DNA of 63,436 bases, the filler included, from Octopus bimaculoides (taxonomy: Eukaryota): NCBI RefSeq assembly GCF_001194135.2. It is 6 parts of 5 records of this genome, joined end to end, with 100 filler letters (N's around TTAATTAATTAA, not from the genome) between each part and the next. Parts side by side here need not be neighbours in the genome. Positions count along the whole stretch, not along the records: positions 20,293 to 38,841 come from NC_068985.1; 5 more parts are not named here. One strand, written 5' to 3'. Position numbers and translations under genes: made by a program. Shown here one piece after another: positions 22,358 to 33,132 of this stretch; positions within the stretch are counted from its first letter, which is position 1; each line of letters starts with the position of its first letter. Below the pieces are notes generated by a model. That model was not told the DNA's origin, made no database searches, and saw only the letters and a list, made by a program, of their open reading frames with translations.

Positions 22358-25344
22358 NNNNNNNNNNATATGTGTGTGTGTGTGTGTATGTGTGTGTGTG
22401 TATGTGTGTGTGTGTATCTGAATGTACTTTATATATATATACTTGGTCTGAGTGAATGTAGTAACATTAAAGTGCATATCGATACGTATGTCGATATAAA
22501 TACACACAAAAGCGCACGTTCACACACGCACAAGCGCATGTTCTTAAATACACGTAGATGTACTCACAAATGCATTGACATGTGTATATGTATATGCATA
22601 CATACAAAAATGCGCAATACTAACATACAAACAAAAGAATGAACGTTGCTATTCTGTTTAGAGCCGTAGTTTACATATTTCATACGTGAAAAAAGGGGGA
22701 AATGCTAGACAAATAACGAACACCCAGACAGATAAGCTAGCGCAGCCAAACACATACTTGTATGTGTGCAAGCATTTCCAATCTTGGAAAGTTTTAAAGT
22801 TAATATAAACACACACACACACACACTCACATGATTATATATATATATATATATATATATNNNNNNNNNNNNNNNNNNNNNNNNNNNNNNNNNNNNNNNN
22901 NNNNNNNNNNNNNNNNNNNNNNNNNNNNNNNNNNNNNNNNNNNNNNNNNNNNNNNNNNNNNNNNNNNNNNNNNNNNNNNNNNNNNNNNNNNNNNNNNNNN
23001 NNNNNNNNNNNNNNNNNNNNNNNNNNNNNNNNNNNNNNNNNNNNNNNNNNNNNNNNNNNNNNNNNNNNNNNNNNNNNNNNNNNNNNNNNNNNNNNNNNNN
23101 NNNNNNNNNNNNNNNNNNNNNNNNNNNNNNNNNNNNNNNNNNNNNNNNNNNNNNNNNNNNNNNNNNNNNNNNNNNNNNNNNNNNNNNNNNNNNNNNNNNN
23201 NNNNNNNNNNNNNNNNNNNNNNNNNNNNNNNNNNNNNNNNNNNNNNNNNNNNNNNNNNNNNNNNNNNNNNNNNNNNNNNNNNNNNNNNNNNNNNNNNNNN
23301 NNNNNNNNNNNNNNNNNNNNNNNNNNNNNNNNNNNNNNNNNNNNNNNNNNNNNNCAAACACATACTTGTATGTGTGCAAGCATTTCCAATCTTGGAAAGT
23401 TTTAAAGTTAATATAAACACACACACACACACACTTACACACAAATATACATTCTTACGCGCACTTATAGAAAAAGTTTACAGTTTTCGCGCAAGTGAAT
23501 TTATATTAAAAGCACAACGAGAAAAGCTTTGAGAATTGTATCACGGATACTTAAGGTTAGTTAAAATATGCTTGTGACATATTTTAATTTCTAAAGGCAA
23601 TTTCGTTGCTGCTTACGGTGAATAAACGAAAATTCTGGCTTATCTTAAAAGAAGTAAAAATACCATTTTCAGCTCATCGACGCCCACTCTCGGACCCTTA
23701 GATCCATTTCAGTCTCTTTAACTTACCTCGGTAGAAGATACAGAAGAGAGATAACTCTGAACTGATTAGAAAGCTATAAATTTATAACAGTCAATAAGAG
23801 TGGCTGACTTGCACTCGCCGACCACCCGGTTACAGCAAATATATTTGCAGGATCGCTAAGTAGTAATGAGAAATAAACAAACTCAAACATATTTGTGAGA
23901 TATTTTAACTTCCAAAGGCAATTTCACTGCTGTTTACTTTGGATAAAAGAATTTTCGCTTATGGTAAAAACATGCTTAATATGTTTTCGTCATGCTAATA
24001 TAAAATGGAAAATAGATTGAAATTGTGTTATTCTAAGTAGTACCAGTAATACAGTGGCGGCTTCAGTAAAAGTAGCACTAGGATTGGCGGCAATTGTCTC
24101 CCTTTGTCTCTTTCAAGTTTTTAAAAGTGGTCGTTATTTGGTTATGCGTTGTGTAATTGTTAAATTGATATAGACGGAAAATCCTTAAATTTGACTGTTT
24201 CTTACTTGCACATGTGTCTATATGCTCACTGACTCCTATTGGTCAACATTCCTATATTTTAACTGTAATTAAAGGGTCAGTACGTGGAGAGCATTACATA
24301 GGACAAACCGGAGTATTTTTTGTGATCGCATAACACTTCATAAATCACAGGTTTAAATATCCTCCCGTGAAACCATGACATCTTATCTCATATACTGTTA
24401 GACGCTTAAGTCCCTTTTCCAGTCGGTTAGCGCGGTTGGAGGAACTTTTACTTTGGCGTTCTAGAAAGAGCTTGTGGTGTGTAAACTCAAGGCAATTATT
24501 AAAATCATCTGTCTGGTCTGCTCCAGAGAACTTTATGCCTAGAAACAATGGATAGTTTTTAGAAACGACTGGTATGGCGACGCTACCAGGATGAATTGCC
24601 GACTTGGCACAAACTCTACAGGAACGGAAGATGTGCGCTCAACGACGCAACAGTTCTGCATGCATTACTTCAGAGTCTGAACAATAGTGATTTGTGGAGT
24701 TTTGTCGAATAGCTGCTGTCGAATGCAGAACAAATCCGGCAACCAGCCAAGTAGCCCATAAAATTTGCCACACTGCTCTTCGTTGATCAGAAGAGCAGGT
24801 AGTTTTCTTCTGTCTATTGCGAAGGAGGTTGTTTGTGGACAAGAATGAAAGGACTGAAAATAGACGGTTTCTTTATCGGCCAGACGTTCATTAACTTTTT
24901 CGAATTTCACTTGAAAAGAAAGTTGTTACTCTGCACCAATTTGTTGGAAGGTAGATAACTCTGGCGAACTTTGTTGGAGTGAATGGGCCTATTCTGAGTA
25001 TGCTACTATGAGCCGGGAGACAACAAATAAAAGAGGGCAGTTGCTCTTGATGACCCGAGTCATTGGGTCTTTTGTGTGGTTTCGTTGATTGGCCCAATAA
25101 AGCTTATTCTTCCTCTTAGAGAATTTTGTTTCTTGGAATTTTATTTACTTCAGTCGTTTTACATAACTTACGCAAACCTTTCACTATGCTTGATTTTTTT
25201 GTTAATGAAATAAATACCAGTTAAGGACTAAGGTCGATATAATCGACATAGCCCCCTCCCCTCAAAACTGCTGGCTTTGTGTCAAAATTTAAAACCATTA
25301 CTGTTGTTGTTGTTGTTCTTGTTCTTGTTCTTGTTGTTGTAGCT

Positions 25345-25668
25345 ATTCTTGTTTGGTGAGAGAGCAACGCAAGCCATCAAAGTGATACTTGGGTACAAAT
25401 ATACGAAGCCTAATATATCCATCATGACTACCCGTCTGATAAGGAGAAACTGGGCACAAGCATCACAACCATATATGCGCAGCATCGTGATCTCATACCC
25501 AGATAAACAGTGCATGACCCTGCAGGTGGCGCCCAGTTAGAATTTTCTTCAAGTCGAGTTGCCCATCCCACTCAAAAGGTTCGCGAATAAGGTTTGTTTA
25601 AGGATGATAAACGAAACATCCATGTTTCCCGAGGTGAATTATTCAAACTCCAAAGAATTCCTCTCAAT
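25345..25668 (+). repeat. Unclassified interspersed repeat fragment
   Basis: Follows a (GTT)n tract; its 3' end overlaps the family fragment at 2880-3080. Confidence 0.45.
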
Positions 25669-25671
25669 TTC

Positions 25672-25742
25672 GGTATGTCAGCCGAAACGTTGTGTTTAAC
25701 AACAAACAAGATGTGGACAAATATCCGTCGAATGTAAATAAT
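25672..25742 (+). repeat. 5'-truncated copy of the hammerhead-bearing repeat (3' half of the ribozyme only)
   Basis: CAGCC-GAAAC-GTT-GTGTT then AACAACAAACAAGATG.GGACAAATATCCGTC.AATGTAAATAAT, matching the copies at 45.9 and 46.7 kb. CTGATGA is absent. Confidence 0.8.
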
Positions 25743-25760
25743 GTATTATTATTATTATTA

Positions 25761-25848
<88 letters not shown>

Positions 25849-26559
25849 NNNNNNNNNNNNNNNNNNNNNNNNNNNNNNNNNNNNNNNNNNNNNNNNNNNN
25901 NNNNNNNNNNNNNNNNNNNNNNNNNNNNNNNNNNNNNNNNNNNNNNNNNNNNNNNNNNNNNNNNNNNNNNNNNNNNNNNNNNNNNNNNNNNNNNNNNNNN
26001 NNNNNNNNNNNNNNNNNNNNNNNNNNNNNNNNNNNNNNNNNNNNNNNNNNNNNNNNNNNNNNNNNNNNNNNNNNNNNNNNNNNNNNNNNNNNNNNNNNNN
26101 NNNNNNNNNNNNNNNNNNNNNNNNNNNNNNNNNNNNNNNNNNNNNNNNNNNNNNNNNNNNNNNNNNNNNNNNNNNNNNNNNNNNNNNNNNNNNNNNNNNN
26201 NNNNNNNNNNNNNNNNNNNNNNNNNNNNNNNNNNNNNNNNNNNNNNNNNNNNNNNNNNNNNNNNNNNNNNNNNNNNNNNNNNNNNNNNNNNNNNNNNNNN
26301 NNNNNNNNNNNNNNNNNNNNNNNNNNNNNNNNNNNNNNNNNNNNNNNNNNNNNNNNNNNNNNNNNNNNNNNNNNNNNNNNNNNNNNNNNNNNNNNNNNNN
26401 NNNNNNNNNNNNNNNNNNNNNNNNNNNNNNNNNNNNNNNNNNNNNNNNNNNNNNNNNNNNNNNNNNNNNNNNNNNNNNNNNNNNNNNNNNNNNNNNNNNN
26501 NNNNNNNNNNNNNNNNNNNNNNNNNNNNNNNNNNNNNNNNNNNNNNNNNNNNNNNNNNN

Positions 26560-26637
<78 letters not shown>

Positions 26638-28461
26638 GCCTTTGTACAGCTTCTAATGCTGGAGATATACTACAGTGTCAGCTGTTCACTACCATTGAAC
26701 TAATGTAACACCTCTTACTTTTCGAGCACCTTCCGGAGTATTCGAGCGGTTCCAAGCAGTGCTGTTTTCTGCAAGTGCCCACCCTTATTGCAGCACCTAT
26801 TTGTTCCACGTACTTCTCGAGATTTTTGCTCACTGTTCCCAGAGCTCCGATAATTATTGGTACTACTGCTACCTTTTTCATCGACCACAACTGTTTAACT
26901 TCCTAAGCTAACCTGTCATATATCTCGGCTTTCTTTCTTCCATATCGCATACCTTGTTGTCAGCTGGGCATGCTATATCTATGATCCAGCATAGTTTGTT
27001 TTCTTTCTCAATTAAGACTATATCCGGCTTCCTATTCTCAATCTCATGGTAGCACTGAATCATAAAATCTCATAGGATCTTTACATTTCTATTTTCGTCG
27101 ATGCCTTCAGGTTTGTAGTCGTACCAATTGTTTGCTCTGTCAAGTCCATACTTGTTGCGAAGTGTCCAATGGACAAGCCTGGCTGTATTTTCGTGGCGTC
27201 TCTTATATTCCTTCTGGGCTAGTGGTGTACATTGGCTGGTAATATTCCATACGGTTTCACCGTTTTGTCCACAGATTCTGCACTTATCACTTTCTTCTGT
27301 GTTGTCTATTTTGTATTTCATGTAGTCTGTTCTTAGGGCTTGCTCTCGGGCAGCACAGATTAGAGCCTCCGTTTCCGGTTTTAAATCCCTTTTAGACAAC
27401 CATAGCCATCTTTTTTCTCTGTCTGTCTTATCTTCAACATCCTTATGAAATTGTCCATGCATTCTTTTCTTTCCCCACCTATTTTCAGTTTCATTCGTTT
27501 TCAATTTCTTGTATAGTGCTTTATCTTTGCAATCCTTCATCCTACACAAGCCTGACCTTCTTACTTCTAATAATAGTGGTTCTGTGGCACTTTTACATAC
27601 CATGCTATGTTGTTTTCTTCTGATCTAATACTGTGTTCCCATCCAATAAGTCCTCTTCCACCTCTTTTTCTTGGTACATACAGTCTGTCTGTGTCACTTT
27701 TTCGGTGAAGTAACCCATATCTAGTTAGCAACTTCCTTGTCTTTCTGTCTAAGCTGTTTAGTTCGTCTACTGTTCATGCGATTACCCTTGCTCCATATCT
27801 AAGGAGTGAAACTGCCCAGGTTTTGAGAGCTTCGATCTTATTCCATCCGCTTAATTTCGACTTAAGGATCAGTCTCAGTCTGCATAAGTACTCCACCTTA
27901 AATTTTTCTGTCATTTCTTTCTCCATCAATTTATCCATTTCCAAAATCCCCAAGTACTTATAGCTCGTCTCTTCTATCTGCTTCATAACCTCCCCCGACG
28001 GTATCGTTAGCCCGTCCATACATTTGATTTTGCCTCTCTTCAATACTAACACACCACACTTTCTCAGTCCGAACTCCATTCTGATATCAACACTGAACGT
28101 ATACACCGTATCAACGAGGGAACTGACTTGGGCTTCATCTTTACCATAAAGTTTGAGGTCATTCATGAATAACAACTGGTTGACTTTTTGTTGGCGGCTT
28201 TTGAATACACACCCAGCTTTTGATTTCCTCGGAATCAGTGTCAGTGGTATCAAGCACAGTACAAAGATCAGTGGGGACAGGCAGTTCCCTTGGAAGATGC
28301 CCTCCTAGTTTCTACTGTCCCTAAACTTCTTCCGTGTGCTGTTAGTTCCGTCCTCCACTTCGCCATACTTTTTTCAAGCAATCGCTCAACATTCGATGCA
28401 ATTCCAAACAGGTCCATACACTCCATAATCTAAGCATGTAGGATCATATCGTATGCCTTTT
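26638..28461 (-). pseudogene. 5'-truncated R4/Dong-type (RLE-bearing) non-LTR retrotransposon, decayed, ending at (TAA)n
   Basis: RT motifs KAYDMIP, GIFQGNCLSPL and LLFMNDLKLY; zinc knuckle CRICGQ...C...H; RLE RKPDIV...IIDIACPAD; C-terminal VPIIIGALGT...LLGTARILRKV*. The 3' UTR abuts (TAA)n. Clade name is from recalled motif similarity. Confidence 0.85.
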
Positions 28462-30074
28462 GTTACAAATTTACTACTAGCCAAAGTTCGGCAGAAAAAA
28501 AAAAGGAAATAGCCTTAGCTGTAGCGAGCTCTGAAATTCTGCGACTTTACTCCCAGGAGGTCGAAAGGTCGAACAGCTCACGTAGTATTCAAGCTGCCAT
28601 TCAATCTAACTTAAAATGATGAACTTGTCTACAATATTAGTAAAAGTACTTGTTTAGCTCAAGTTCTCATGAGATGTTCTTTGATCATATGGGACGAAGA
28701 TACAATGTCCCATAAAAATTCAGTAGAAGCTGTAAACAAAGTGCTGCAGGATTTGCGCAATTCCAATTGTTTGATGGGAGGTGTGACAGTAGTACTTTCA
28801 GAGGATTTCAGACAAACTTTGCCAGTGATTCCCAAGAGAACAAAGGCGGATGAATTGAATGCATACTTGAAATCTTCCATTTTATGGAAACATATCAAAG
28901 TTTTAAAGCTTTCTACAAATATGATGGCACATTTGCATGGGGATCGTCTGTCGGAACGATTTTCCCATACTATTTTACAACTTAGTGAAGGAAGACTAGA
29001 TATGAATCATGAAGGTGACTTGAATCCATCAAAAATTTGCACCTTGGTCAGCTCGGTTGAAGAACTTATTAAAAAAAATTTTTCCAAGTATAATTTCAAA
29101 TCACACAAATGCTGCTTGGTTCTGCGAAAGAGCAATCATGGCAACAAAGAATATTACTGTGAATAATTTAAATGAAAGACTTGAGACACTTTTACCAGGA
29201 ATCGAACATGGATGAATCGGAAATAGCCAATTACCCGGTTGAGTTCTTAAGCCCACTGCAGCTACCAGGAGCTTTTCCTCATTGCCTTCCATTGAAAACT
29301 GGCTCCAATCATGCTTCTGCGCAACCTTTCTCAACCAAAGGTGTGCAATGGCACAAGATTTGTTGTCAAGAAATTAATGAGAAATGTCATAGAGGCCACA
29401 ATAATTTCTGGTTGTGGAAAAGGCGAAGATGTCTTTATTCCTCGCTTACCTTTTATACTTTCCAATACACCCTTCGAGTTCAAACGACTTCAATTTCCAA
29501 TACGTCTGTCTTTTGCGATGTCCATTAATAAGTCCCAAGGTCAGACTTTGAAAGTTGCTGGTTTACAATTAGAAGAGGACTGTTTCTCACACGGTCAGTT
29601 ATATGTCGGGACATCAAGAGTAGGGAGCAAGAACAATTTTTTTGTTTTTGCCCCTACTGGTAAAACCCCAAACATTGTCTATAAGGAAGTTTTTACCATG
29701 GGATCAACAAACTAAAATTTGCAGAATGATTAATAATTTTGATTTAATATTGTCAACGTCACACTATATTCGTCTAAGAAAAGCTATTTGTATTTTTGTC
29801 TGTTGTAATACTTAAGTTCAATAAATTATAGTACTTATGTTCTTAATTTACCCCGACCTTTTATTTACTTATCTTGTACTAGACATACTCCAAAGTCTGT
29901 GCGATGTTTATTTCATTTATAGACTGAAATCATAGATCAGAAGTTTATATACACCCATGATAATATTGGCTAGATGAATATCGTCTACATGAAAGTTAAT
30001 AACCATTTCTTATATATGTACAATACATTTTGGCAACTTTTTTTAACCCAATCAATGACGAGTTTTTCTGCTAG
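28462..30074 (+). mobile_element. Helitron 3' portion: PIF1-like helicase remnant and CTAG|T terminus
   Basis: [56 protein letters not shown] and FSHGQLYVGTSRV are Helitron helicase motifs. TTTCTGCTAG at 30065-30074 is followed by T; the subterminal hairpin is degraded. Confidence 0.88.
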
Positions 30075-30106
<32 letters not shown>

Positions 30107-30145
30107 CACACGCGCGCGCGCGCACGCACACACAAACACACACAA

Positions 30146-30176
<31 letters not shown>

Positions 30177-30276
30177 NNNNNNNNNNNNNNNNNNNNNNNN
30201 NNNNNNNNNNNNNNNNNNNNNNNNNNNNNNNNNNNNNNNNNNNNNNNNNNNNNNNNNNNNNNNNNNNNNNNNNNNN

Positions 30277-30416
30277 CTGTGTGGTAAGTAGCTTGCTTAC
30301 CAACCGCATGGTTCTGGGTTCAGTTCAACTGCGTAGCACCTTGGGCAAGCTTCTTCTACTATGGCTTCGGGCCGACCAAAGTCTTGTGAGTGGATTTGAT
30401 TGACGAAAATTGAAAG
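30277..30416 (+). mobile_element. SINE family A head fragment
   Basis: CTGTGTGGTAAGTAGCTTGC...GGTTCAGTTC..GCACCTTGGGCAAG. Confidence 0.75.
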
Positions 30417-31611
30417 TGCAGAGTCTTACTGAAACACATATGGCCTTCCATTGCATACATTGTCTATCCAGGACTTAACAATTATTTCCAGGACCTCAAT
30501 GTAGGCAGCAGAGTTAACTCTAAGGCCTTGTGGAAAGAAGTAAGGAGGCATCACACCTCCTTCATTGCTGATAACCCCTAAAACCATGACAGTTGCAGGA
30601 AATTTTTTATGCATAACACTTGGAACTTCAGAAGGGTCTGCACATAACCATCTGTCATTTCTTCTGTTAACTTTTTGATGTTGGTCGAAGTTTTTCTCGT
30701 TTCTTCTGCTGGATTTAAGAGCCTTTTAGATTTGATGTAGTGATTTTCTTTTGCTTTTTCTAACAAACTAGCCTTTCCTCATCATATAAGACTTATATTT
30801 GATGCCTTCGTAGACAACATTTCTGACTGTTCCTTCTGACACATGGAGATCTTTTGCAATTGACCTCAAGGACTTTCTGGGATTGTAACCAATGGTCTGT
30901 TGAACTTGCTGGTTAAATTAAACTTGCTGGTTAAATTCAGGTGTTCTGATGATTTCAGAGCGTTTAGAATGCTTTTTATGGTTTGATACTGGTGATATGT
31001 TTCCATCTTCAGTCTCTAGCTCCTTACAAACTTTGTAGACGGAAAACAGATATATACACTACCCTTCCAATGCACCATTCTCCAAACCTTCCGGTGACTC
31101 CAGTCTGACCCCTCCACCTTGCACCGCTTCCTTCACATCTTCATCCGAAGGAAGTCGACAACCTCATAAACCATCTTTGAGCGGTCCAAAGATATGATAG
31201 TCGGAAGGAGCGAGATCTGGGCTGTAGGCAGGATGTTCCAGCACCTCAAAACTCTCTGTCATGGCCAATGCAACGATCACATGGTACACACCTTCCTTCC
31301 AAGCACTGCTGTAAACAGCAGAAGTGAACTAGAACATTAAAACTTAGTGCGCGTGCACACCAAAATTTAAGGTCAGTCTGTGCCAAGCAGCTTTACACTG
31401 CGTATTTCGTTACTATGGCAACAGTCCAGGTACTTATTGATCAGACCACCTATATATAGAAAAATGTGTCGCTGAAGGACTTCAGTTTGAACAATTTTCA
31501 TGATGTTTCATATTTAGATGTTTTTACTAAATTCTTTCAGTTGTTAAACATAAATAAATCTTGGAATTAAGTGGTTTTGATATACTGTCAGGTGACTTTT
31601 GGTGAACCCTG
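30417..31611 (-). mobile_element. Tc1/mariner maT (Bmmar1-like) transposon remnant with left TIR
   Basis: TA|CAGGGTTCACCAAAAG at 31613-31596. Decayed frames read KHSKRSEIIRTPEF, PRKSLRSIAKDLHVSEGTVR...KYKSY and KFPATVMVLGVISNEGGVMPPYFFPQGLRVN...KSWID..GRPYVFQ, typical of the maT group. Confidence 0.75.
31050..31450 (-). mobile_element. Internally deleted mariner derivative nested in the maT remnant
   Basis: TA-flanked TIR-like GGTGGTCTGATCAATAAGTACCTGGACTG. ATG at 31262 (MTE) runs directly into FEVLEHPAYSPDLAPSDYHIFGPLK, the mariner YSPDLAPSD motif. Confidence 0.7.
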
Positions 31612-31722
31612 TATACACACACACACACAACCATGTGAACTTAGGAAGTATAATTGCAGTTCATCTCAGCGAGATATATTATCACCGAGAGTGCACAACT
31701 CTACAGGTGATTGGTGTCAAGT

Positions 31723-32041
31723 ATCATCATCATCATCATCGTTTAACGTCCGCTTTCTATGCTAGCATGGGTTGGACGATTTGACTGAGGACTGGTGAAC
31801 CAGATGGCTACACCAGGCTCCAATCTGATTTGGCAGAGTTTCTACAGCTGGATGCCCTTCCTAACGCCAACCACTCCGAAAGTGTAGTGGGTGCTTTTAC
31901 GTGCCACCGGCGCGAAGGCCAGTCAGGCGGTACTGGCAACGGCCACGCTCAAAATGGTGTATTTTACGTGCCACCTGCACAAGAGCCATTCCAGTGGCAC
32001 TGGCAACGATCTCGCTCGAAAGTCTTTACACGTGCTACCGG
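31723..32041 (-). mobile_element. RTE 3' UTR running into a gap
   Basis: (CAT)n plus family consensus with 66-bp units. Confidence 0.8.
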
Positions 32042-33132
32042 NNNNNNNNNNNNNNNNNNNNNNNNNNNNNNNNNNNNNNNNNNNNNNNNNNNNNNNNNNN
32101 NNNNNNNNNNNNNNNNNNNNNNNNNNNNNNNNNNNNNNNNNNNNNNNNNNNNNNNNNNNNNNNNNNNNNNNNNNNNNNNNNNNNNNNNNNNNNNNNNNNN
32201 NNNNNNNNNNNNNNNNNNNNNNNNNNNNNNNNNNNNNNNNNNNNNNNNNNNNNNNNNNNNNNNNNNNNNNNNNNNNNNNNNNNNNNNNNNNNNNNNNNNN
32301 NNNNNNNNNNNNNNNNNNNNNNNNNNNNNNNNNNNNNNNNNNNNNNNNNNNNNNNNNNNNNNNNNNNNNNNNNNNNNNNNNNNNNNNNNNNNNNNNNNNN
32401 NNNNNNNNNNNNNNNNNNNNNNNNNNNNNNNNNNATGACCATACCAATAAAGAACATAGAATATTTTTACGTGTCACCTGTGTATATTTGTATACATTTC
32501 TGTTTGCGAAATCAGCAACGAGTTGCGTCCCTTCTCGTGCAAAAGCGTGATCATTTCGCAAGAAATTGAAAAAATAAATATGTATTGAGATTGACGTCTT
32601 CGACTAAAAAGCCCTAGATGGGATGGTCGTGGCTGGAATGCCTTTCGTCAAACACATTGGACGTGATCTTAGATACAGTGTTGAAAAATTATAGGATGAT
32701 ACTTTAGCGTGTGGCCTACTGCAGTATTCTGTCTACACTGTGAAATTACTTTTAGCGTGCGGTCTACCTTTTCTTACCCTTTTACACTTTAGCGTGCGAT
32801 CTACCTCCACTATAAGAACTTTATACTACAGGATAATAAAAAACAAATTGAACAATGTTGAATAAATGATTTATTAATAACTTTCATTTAAAACTTAATC
32901 AACGATACACACTTCTTACATCAATTAGGAATGCCACAAACAAATCTGCTGCATCTTTCCTCAAACCTTTCCAGCGAAAATGATCAAGGTGTGACTGGAA
33001 AAGCTCATTTTTTTTAAATAGTTGTTTTGAAATCCAACCATGATCTCTAAATAGCCTGAGTACGTGCTCCTGTCACTGGATCCACATAATGTTCTTGATG
33101 ATTCACTGTAAAATGGTAAAGATTATGCAGGC

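Noticed and set aside
22746-23440. ~85-bp direct repeat on both sides of the gap 22861-23354
   Set aside because: Near-identical sequence ending in a microsatellite at both gap edges is typical of overlapping contig ends or haplotype duplication.
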